This document shows positions 1 to 6,818 of a stretch of 40,810 nucleotides of DNA, piece by piece. This stretch comes from a virus (Duplodnaviria; Caudoviricetes). The DNA lies in the IMG/VR virus record IMGVR_UViG_3300043672_000020, positions 1-40,810 of that record; one strand, given 5' to 3'. Made by a program: the position numbers and the translations under genes. Each line of letters begins with the position of its first letter. Within the stretch, counting starts at the first letter, position 1. The notes below the pieces were generated by a model that was given only the letters and a program-made list of their open reading frames with translations, did no database searches and had not been told where the DNA came from.

Positions 1-64
1 GGTCCACTTTGCCAGAATCGCGTTCTAAGCAATGATGAGGTTGAAAACTGGTACACTCAGTAGC

Positions 65-760
65 ATGAATCCCAACATCTGCACATGTGGCAAGCCAGCC
101 CGCGAAAAAATCTCGAAACGCGGGCCTCATCCGCTCTATTGCTCAAGTGCATGCAAGAGTCGGGCAAGTTACGAGAGCGCAGTTCTGATGGGGACAAGAA
201 AGCCCTACGCTCCGGCCACCACAGAGACGAGTACGGCAAAAACGAAGTTCTCCCGATGCCAATGGGAGGAATGCTGCAATCTGCTTGCACCGAAGCCGCC
301 GCTGAAGCGCGGAGTCGATCAACAGTTCTGCGATGTCGATTGGCACCGGGGATGCTCTGTCCCGGGATGCCGACGGAGACATCGTGCGAAGGGACTCTGC
401 GTTTATCACTGGAATAAGCAGAACCGCGAGACCAGCGGCCGGAACGAGCCCTGGAACGACGCCGCTCGCTCCCGCTACCACAAGCGCCTTGCACTGAAGC
501 AGGAAGCCTCGACCGGCGTGCCGGTGCGGAAGGAGGAGATCGCCGTTCGCGACAATTACATCTGCGGTCTCTGCCACGAAGCGGTGGACATGGACTTGCC
601 GTATCCGAAGTGGGGGAGTGCCACCACCGACCATGCGACGCCGCTGTCCAGAGGTGGAATGCATGATCCGAACAACGTTCTGCTGGCCCATTTGGGCTGC
701 AACCTGGAGAAGAAGCAGATGACGTTGGAGGAGTGGTTTGCCTTCAGATCCGTGGCTTGA
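65..760 (+). CDS. HNH endonuclease with N-terminal Cys-rich zinc-binding motifs
   Basis: C-terminal CGLC...TTDHATPLSRGG..DPNNVLLAHLGCN HNH signature and several CxxxC/CxC motifs upstream. Start moved from 32 to ATG 65, which lies 7 nt after TACACT (52-57), a leaderless arrangement. Confidence 0.85.
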   Translation: MNPNICTCGKPAREKISKRGPHPLYCSSACKSRASYESAVLMGTRKPYAPATTETSTAKTKFSRCQWEECCNLLAPKPPLKRGVDQQFCDVDWHRGCSVPGCRRRHRAKGLCVYHWNKQNRETSGRNEPWNDAARSRYHKRLALKQEASTGVPVRKEEIAVRDNYICGLCHEAVDMDLPYPKWGSATTDHATPLSRGGMHDPNNVLLAHLGCNLEKKQMTLEEWFAFRSVA

Positions 761-786
761 CAACCGCCTGTCATGTGCGCAAGACT
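757..786 (+). promoter_or_regulatory. putative promoter overlapped by an 18-bp imperfect palindrome
   Basis: TTGACA (757-762)-N18-AAGACT (weak -10). 757-774 reads TTGACAACCGCCTGTCAT, similar to sites at 2163, 29456 and 40058. Confidence 0.45.
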
Positions 787-1085
787 GTGTCCTGCAACGG
801 AAACGAGTGGCCGGTAATTCGCCCAGCGTGCAATGTCGGCGCTGCCAATCGGGGTCGCGTACGATCTGTTGAAGTGAGCGAACTGCCAGGCCGTCCAGAT
901 GTGCGTCCGACTTCGGCCGGAAACGTGCTGGGTAGCGGTTGAGGTGGGAGTCCCTGCTGGCTGCTGAAGAACCGACGGGTTCTTGTCAGCCCAGTTCGCT
1001 TCGCACCAGGGTGCACGGGACCTCCGGGTCGACCCTCCGGCTTCGGGCCGGTGCGCGTTAAGGCGAGCAGTGAAACCGTGAGCAC

Positions 1086-1158
1086 AGCGGGATGGCGCAG
1101 GTGGTAGCGCGGCGGACCCATAATCCGCAGGCCGGTGGTTCGATTCCACCTCCCGCTA
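1086..1158 (+). tRNA. tRNA with CAT anticodon (Met class), atypical
   Basis: Full cloverleaf: acceptor AGCGGGA/TCCCGCT, D stem GCGC/GCGC, anticodon stem GCGGA/TCCGC with loop CCCATAA, T stem GGTGG/CCACC with TTCGATT loop, discriminator A, no encoded CCA. Confidence 0.9.
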
Positions 1159-1376
1159 CGCGGCACGATACGTCGGCGAGCAATCGCACACCGACCTCTG
1201 CACGCCTTGTCAGGGCCAGCCCTGCGCAAAACTGGTGGCCGACGCAGCACAGTCGGGCAGAAAGCCCTCGACACCATGCACGTCCTACCGGCTTCGGCCT
1301 CAGATGGACGGAGCGGCCGTCGGGGGCTTTCGCCGTTCCTGGCCGGGCTTGTCGGGTTTCCGGGTAGCCTCGCGTC

Positions 1377-2165
1377 ATGATGAAGAAACTAGCCATGATC
1401 GTCGGCGCGCTCGCGCTGGCCTGCATTGTCCCGGCCGGGCCTGCGAACGCTGCGCCCTTGCCGGTCTGCACGGTGGATTACAACCTGTCCTCTCCGGCTG
1501 GCTACGCCGATACCAGCGGCCACACGTTCGTCGGCGGCCTGTCCGTGGTCAATCGCCAGGTGGCGCTGGTGCGTTCCGATTGCGCGACCCTGCCGGTGGG
1601 TTCTACCTGGACGGTCAGCGGCCCCGGTTTCGTTGCCAGCGGCACCGAATCCAACCTGGTGGATGAGACAGTCGCGGTGACGCCGCCGACGTTCAACCGG
1701 GCGGCCGGTCTGCGCGTGAACCGTGTCCAGATCCGCATCGTCACCCCGCCGGTCCTGGACGACCCGGCCACCCTCCTCGTGAATGAAACCGCTGCGGCAA
1801 CGGATACGACCTTCTTCCGCGACATCCGGCTGAAGCGCCGGGTGACCGCTACGAAAGCGGATGGCACGCCGGAGCCGATCCGGGTCGGCAGGGTGCTGAC
1901 GGTGAAGAGTCGCTTCAGCGTGGCCGACTGGTCCGATCAGGATTATGTGGCGCTGACCGGGCGGACGGCCCGGCTTCAGTCCCGTAACCAGCCGGGTCTG
2001 TATGACGACAACCTGGTGGTCGACACGGATGTCACCGATGCACGCGGCGTGGCCACCCTGGCGTTCGTCGACACCACCACGCAGGTCTGGCGGTTCGACT
2101 TCAGGGGCAGCGCCACGCTCGGTCATGTCGACTCGGTGGGTGACCTGGTCCGGGTCCGCCCGTAG
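1377..2165 (+). CDS. secreted beta-rich protein resembling actinomycete surface/secreted proteins
   Basis: Sec signal peptide (MMKKLAMIVGALALACIVPAGPANA). The C-terminal PEPIRVGRVLTV...W...WRFDFRG...GDLVRV pattern recalls Streptomyces-type secreted Ig-like proteins. TAGCCT lies 6 nt before the ATG. Confidence 0.7.
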   Translation: MMKKLAMIVGALALACIVPAGPANAAPLPVCTVDYNLSSPAGYADTSGHTFVGGLSVVNRQVALVRSDCATLPVGSTWTVSGPGFVASGTESNLVDETVAVTPPTFNRAAGLRVNRVQIRIVTPPVLDDPATLLVNETAAATDTTFFRDIRLKRRVTATKADGTPEPIRVGRVLTVKSRFSVADWSDQDYVALTGRTARLQSRNQPGLYDDNLVVDTDVTDARGVATLAFVDTTTQVWRFDFRGSATLGHVDSVGDLVRVRP

Positions 2166-2192
2166 ACAACCAGTTGTCAACTGCTATATGAT
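2163..2192 (+). promoter_or_regulatory. putative promoter/operator upstream of packaging genes
   Basis: TAGACA (2163-2168)-N18-TATGAT (2187-2192). 2163-2180 is the palindrome TAGACAACCAGTTGTCAA. Confidence 0.55.
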
Positions 2193-2328
2193 CATCCTGT
2201 TGGTGCAGCGAAATACCCGGTCGTCGTCGTCATGCCTCAGCCGGGGGCACGCCGCCAGCCTGAACAGGCCCGAGCCGGGCGTCAACCGGTTCGGGCCTGT
2301 TCTACGTGCCTGCTCTATGCTGATCGCC

Positions 2329-2928
2329 ATGGGTGGACCTGGAAGTGGTGGAGCGCGGTCGTACAGTGGGCCGCCGCCGGACCCGAACGCGCTCAAGCGC
2401 CAGCGGGACGGCAAGGAATGGACGAAACTGCCCGCCGTCGGCCGGGTCGGGCCTACGCCCGAATGGCCTGCCGCCATCGCGATGCCGGATCAGGATGAAC
2501 TGCTGAAGTGGCGCGAGGTGTGGACACTTCCGCAGGCGCTCATCTGGGAAGCCGACCACGCCTACGACCTGGTCGCGTTCTACGTGCGGACCTACCTGGA
2601 GGCGATGAAGCCCCGGGCCGGTGCGCAGGCCCGGATGTTCGTCCGCCAGTTGTCCAACGACCTGTACCTGGCACCGTCCGCGTTGATGGCCGGGAGGTAT
2701 GTCATCGACGGCACGGACGAGGCGCGGGCGATCGATGCCGCCGTCGCCGACCATGCCGCCGCCGCCGTGAACCCCCGCCGCCGTGGCCCCGGCAAGCCGA
2801 AGTCCGCGCGCGAGCGGTTCCAGGTGGTCACCGACACCGGCCCCGCCGACGACGACGAACCTCAGCCGGAAACCGACATCGCGACCGGTGAGGCCACGGC
2901 GATCGACGACGGGGAACCTCCGTTCTGA
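2329..2928 (+). CDS. terS: terminase small subunit
   Basis: N-terminus GGARSYSGPPPDPNALKRQRD..W..LP and W..VWTLPQA..W typical of actinophage small terminases; lies upstream of terL. Start moved to ATG 2329, 7 nt after TATGCT. Confidence 0.75.
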   Translation: MGGPGSGGARSYSGPPPDPNALKRQRDGKEWTKLPAVGRVGPTPEWPAAIAMPDQDELLKWREVWTLPQALIWEADHAYDLVAFYVRTYLEAMKPRAGAQARMFVRQLSNDLYLAPSALMAGRYVIDGTDEARAIDAAVADHAAAAVNPRRRGPGKPKSARERFQVVTDTGPADDDEPQPETDIATGEATAIDDGEPPF

Positions 2929-3254
2929 TGGACGAGGTCAGGGAGTGGGAGAACCTGTTCGAGACGGAGGCGAACCAGAATTCTGTTGGTGTGCTGAACC
3001 TGGTTACCGCCGGGGTCGGACCGCCGGATCCGAGCCCCTGGGCCAGAATGGACCGGCTGATGGCCGAATTCGACGAGCCGGACCGCTGGCGCCGTTTCTA
3101 TCTGAATGAATGGACCCGGCCTGATGAAATGCGTGAAGATCGACGTGGAAAGCGCCATCCCCGAAGGGGAACTCCTGGACGGGCTTTTCAGCACCCAGAT
3201 GAAGAACGACCTGGCGAAGAAGATCATCGACCAGCATCGCCACCGTGCCGATGA
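2928..3254 (+). CDS. hypothetical protein (C-terminal part overlaps next gene)
   Basis: TGATG coupling to terS. The first ~65 aa look protein-like; the tail overlaps the next ORF by ~130 nt and looks off-frame. Confidence 0.35.
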   Translation: MDEVREWENLFETEANQNSVGVLNLVTAGVGPPDPSPWARMDRLMAEFDEPDRWRRFYLNEWTRPDEMREDRRGKRHPRRGTPGRAFQHPDEERPGEEDHRPASPPCR

Positions 3255-3426
3255 GGTTGCCTCATCTGCCGGGGGCAGTCTCCGTACTGACCGGGTGCCG
3301 GAGTTCTACATCCGGCGCGGCTCCGACTTGATCGCGGGCGGCGACTTCCTCCTGACCGCCAGCCGCTGGGACGTGTGGGTGCCGGACAACTTCGACCCGG
3401 AGCGCGTGGACAGTGCGAGCCGATAG
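3124..3426 (+). CDS. hypothetical protein
   Basis: Typical high-GC codon usage; its stop TAG overlaps the GTG start of terL. Start uncertain (3106/3124/3133). Confidence 0.6.
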   Translation: MKCVKIDVESAIPEGELLDGLFSTQMKNDLAKKIIDQHRHRADEVASSAGGSLRTDRVPEFYIRRGSDLIAGGDFLLTASRWDVWVPDNFDPERVDSASR

Positions 3427-5105
3427 TGCCGCCGCCGCCTCCACAGAATGAGTACCTGGTCGACTTCCCGACCCTCTGGGTGGCGATCGACTGGGTCGAG
3501 CATCATTGCGTCATCCCGGACGGTTTCGCCGCCGGACAGCGGTACGAACTCGCGGACTGGCAGACCTGGTTCTACGTCAACCATTACCGGGTCAAGCCGA
3601 CCGCGCGACTCGACGGCCGACCAGCGGTGGGCGCTCCCGCGTTCTATTACCGGCGCTCGCAGGTCGTCATGCCACAGAAGGCCGGAAAAGGACCGCTGAC
3701 CGCGAGTCAATGCTGCTTGGAAGGCGTAGGCCCGGCCTTGTTCGCCGGGTGGGCAGTCGAGGGCGACGTCTACCGCTGCCGAGACCATGGCTGCCCCTGC
3801 GGGTGGGAGTACTGGTATTCGGATGGCGAGCCGATGGGGATCCCGTGGCCGACGCCGCTGATCCAGATCACTGCCTTCTCGGAGGAGCAAACAGGAAACG
3901 TTTATGATGCGTTGCGGCCGATGATCGAGAAGGGTCCGCTGGCCAACATCGTCCCCCGGACCGGTGAGGAGTTCATCCGCCTGCCGAACGGCGGCCGGAT
4001 CGACACGGTCACCAGCAACAACCAGTCCCGGCTCGGTCAGCGGGTGACGTTCGTGCCGCAGGACGAAGTCGGGCTGTGGCTGCCGATGTCCAAGGACGGC
4101 AAGGGCGGCAACATGGTGAAGGTCGCCAACACCCAGCGCCGGGGTGCGTCCGGTATGTCCGGCCGGGTGGTGGAAACCACGAACGGCTGGGATCCCAGTG
4201 AGAATTCCGTTGCACAGCAGACGGCTCTGAGCGCACTTACCAAGCATGACATCTTTCGTCTTCACCGACTGGCCCCCTCCACCTGGTCGTTCACCGACAA
4301 GCGCGAACGCCGCAAGATCCTCAAGTACGTCTACAGGGGGTCCTGGTGGGTGGACCTGGACTCGATCGAGGCGGAAGCCTCCGAGATCCTCCTGGTCGAC
4401 CCCGGCCAGGCGGAACGCTTCTACGGCAACCGCATCGTGGCCGGGCTCGGGCAGTGGATGGACGACACGCTCTGGGAGGCGCACGAGGAGGAACGGCTGG
4501 TCCCGGAAGGGTCAGCGGTCGCGGGCGGGTTCGACGGGTCGGAGAACGACGACTGGACGGCGATCCGGCTGGAAACCCAGGACGGGTACCGGTTCACCCC
4601 GCGCTACGGACCGGACCGGCGCCCGGCGTTCTGGAACCCGGCGGAGTGGGGCGGCTCGATCCCGCGTGGTGAGGTCAATGCGTGCGTCGACGAGATCTCC
4701 CGCCGGTACCGGTTGCGGCGCTTCTACTGCGACCCCCGTGACTGGCGCAGCGAGATCGGGGAGTGGGCGCTGAAGATCGGGGAGGAGGAGGTGTTCGAAT
4801 GGAGCACCTACCGCATCGACGCCATGTTCCTGGCGTTGAAGCGTTCTTACAACGACCTGAAGTCTGGCCGGACGAAACACGACAAGGACCCGGTCGCGGC
4901 CCAGCACATCAGCAACGCCAGGAAGGTCGCCAAGCCGGGCGACAAGTACATCCTCGGCAAGCCGGATGCACACCGGAAGATCGATATCGCGATGGCGGAT
5001 ACCCTGGCCCACGAGGCTGCGGCTGATCTTCATGCCATCGGTCCGGATGCGTGGAAGCCGAAACGCCGACTCACCAGGGTTTCCGGCCGGACCCGTTCGT
5101 ACTAG
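3426..5105 (+). CDS. terL: terminase large subunit
   Basis: Walker A-like VMPQKAGKGP, Walker B FVPQDEVG, nuclease motifs GGFDGSENDD and KIDIAMA; directly upstream of portal. Start set at the coupled GTG 3426. Confidence 0.92.
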   Translation: MPPPPPQNEYLVDFPTLWVAIDWVEHHCVIPDGFAAGQRYELADWQTWFYVNHYRVKPTARLDGRPAVGAPAFYYRRSQVVMPQKAGKGPLTASQCCLEGVGPALFAGWAVEGDVYRCRDHGCPCGWEYWYSDGEPMGIPWPTPLIQITAFSEEQTGNVYDALRPMIEKGPLANIVPRTGEEFIRLPNGGRIDTVTSNNQSRLGQRVTFVPQDEVGLWLPMSKDGKGGNMVKVANTQRRGASGMSGRVVETTNGWDPSENSVAQQTALSALTKHDIFRLHRLAPSTWSFTDKRERRKILKYVYRGSWWVDLDSIEAEASEILLVDPGQAERFYGNRIVAGLGQWMDDTLWEAHEEERLVPEGSAVAGGFDGSENDDWTAIRLETQDGYRFTPRYGPDRRPAFWNPAEWGGSIPRGEVNACVDEISRRYRLRRFYCDPRDWRSEIGEWALKIGEEEVFEWSTYRIDAMFLALKRSYNDLKSGRTKHDKDPVAAQHISNARKVAKPGDKYILGKPDAHRKIDIAMADTLAHEAAADLHAIGPDAWKPKRRLTRVSGRTRSY

Positions 5106-5114
5106 GAGAGACAG

Positions 5115-6818
5115 ATGGCACTTGGACTGGCCAGCATCGACACCATGCCATCGGTCGGCAGCCCACTCTGGTGGGTGAACCGGCTCTACATCGTGCTCCA
5201 GGACCGGCGTCCCGAGATCAACAAATTCGATGACTACTACCGGGGCAATTTTCCGCTGCCGTGGCTGGCCCCACAGGCACAGGACGATTTCCGCCGGGTC
5301 CTGAAGATGAGCCGGGCCAACTACACCGGGCTCGTCATTGACGCCCAGTGCGAGCGGATGGCCGTCGAGGGGTTCTTCGTCACCGAGGACACCGACGGTG
5401 ACCCGGCCATCGACACCAAGAACGATGACCCGCTCGGCACGGACGCGGCCATGCAGCGGATCTGGCAGGCCAACAATCTGGACACCTTCTTCGACCAGGG
5501 ACTGCTGGAGGCGGCGATCACCGGCCAGTCGTACCTGATGATCGAGCGGAACCTGAAGGACCCCAAGACCCCACGCATCTACGTCGAGCATTCGTCGCAG
5601 GTGGTGATCGCGTTCAAGCCGGGCAGCAACCGGCGGGAGGCGCTGGCGGCGCTGAAGGTCTGGACCGACGAATGGACCGGGCAGATCTTCGCGACCCTGT
5701 TCCTGGAGAAGTCGATCCACAAGTACCAGACGAACCAGAACGATGGCGCGGCGTTCCGGTCCCAGGACCCGTCCGGGATCTTCGACAACCGGCTGATGCC
5801 GATCTGGGACCTGCGGCAGGTGCAGAACCAATCGTCGGAGGGACCCAACCTTCTCGGGTTCGTCCCGATCTTCGAGTTGCCGAACAACCCCCGGCTGCTG
5901 ACCGGCGGGCAGTCGGAGATCTACGACCTGACCGACACCCAGGACCGGATCGTCAAGACCATCGTCGACCGGATGATGACCCAGGACTATGGGGCGTTCC
6001 CGCAGAAGTGGGCCAGCGGATGGCCGGAGGAGGACGGGAACGGCAACCCGACCGCGCCGATCGAGGTGGGCCGCGATCGGATCATCACCACGGAGGTCCA
6101 GGAGACCCGGTTCGGCCAGTTCACGGCGGCTGACATCGCCGGATACATCGCTGCCAAGCAGGATGATGTGGTGGACATGGCCAGCCGGTCCCGGACCCCG
6201 GCCCAGTACCTGCTCGGCAGCATGAACAACGTGAACGGCGACACCCTGAAGGCGTCCGAGTCCGGCCTGGTCGCGAAGGTCCGGCAGCGGATGCGTGGCC
6301 ACAACGACCCGCTGGAGAACGCGATGATGCGGGTGCGTGAACTGGCCGGGCTCCCGATCGGTCCCGGCGTCAACATCGAGGTCGTCTGGCGTAACCCGGA
6401 GTTCCGCACCGAAGGCGAACTGGTGGACGCCCTGCTGAAGATGGCCGACCTGGGGGTGCCGGAGGAGGCGCTGTGGGGCCGCTGGGGTGCCACCCCGGAA
6501 GAGGTGCGCCGCTGGAAGGCCATGCTGGAGGACAAGATGAAGCGGGCCGCCGCCGGGGACGCCACCGTCATCCTCGCCGAGCGCTACCGGGCCGCCGCCG
6601 CCGCACCCGCCGAAGCCGAAGCCGCCGCCGCAGCAGCGGAGAAGGTCGCCAGGGCGAAAGCCAATGGTGGCGGTACGAACGACAAGGGCACACAGCCCGG
6701 CCAGCCCAGGGGCACGCGAGGCCCGGGGAACGCCCGGACCGGCGGTCAATCCGGCGGCAACGCCCGTTCCTCGTCGTCCAAGCGCCGCGCTGACGCACCG
6801 AAGCCGAGTACCACGTGA
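5115..6818 (+). CDS. portal protein (SPP1 gp6-like)
   Basis: RANYTGLVIDAQCERM, IWQANNLD, NPLG-like NLLGFVPIFELPN, FPQKW, LKASESGLVAKV motifs; position after terL; AGGAG RBS. Confidence 0.92.
   Translation: MALGLASIDTMPSVGSPLWWVNRLYIVLQDRRPEINKFDDYYRGNFPLPWLAPQAQDDFRRVLKMSRANYTGLVIDAQCERMAVEGFFVTEDTDGDPAIDTKNDDPLGTDAAMQRIWQANNLDTFFDQGLLEAAITGQSYLMIERNLKDPKTPRIYVEHSSQVVIAFKPGSNRREALAALKVWTDEWTGQIFATLFLEKSIHKYQTNQNDGAAFRSQDPSGIFDNRLMPIWDLRQVQNQSSEGPNLLGFVPIFELPNNPRLLTGGQSEIYDLTDTQDRIVKTIVDRMMTQDYGAFPQKWASGWPEEDGNGNPTAPIEVGRDRIITTEVQETRFGQFTAADIAGYIAAKQDDVVDMASRSRTPAQYLLGSMNNVNGDTLKASESGLVAKVRQRMRGHNDPLENAMMRVRELAGLPIGPGVNIEVVWRNPEFRTEGELVDALLKMADLGVPEEALWGRWGATPEEVRRWKAMLEDKMKRAAAGDATVILAERYRAAAAAPAEAEAAAAAAEKVARAKANGGGTNDKGTQPGQPRGTRGPGNARTGGQSGGNARSSSSKRRADAPKPSTT

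Noticed and set aside
65-760. HNH gene as part of a group I intron or a novel system
   Set aside because: No interrupted host gene visible; HNH genes near terminases are routine in siphoviruses.
1086-1158. tRNA as prophage attachment site
   Set aside because: No duplicated 3' tRNA fragment noticed elsewhere, no integrase, and phage-type genes lie on both sides.
2002-2328. Long N-terminal extension of terS in the ORF track
   Set aside because: Overlaps the upstream gene and a promoter region; the terminase-like sequence begins at ATG 2329.
6580-6818. Ala/Gly/Arg-rich portal C-terminal extension as a separate domain
   Set aside because: Low-complexity, probably disordered tail, common in actinophage portals.
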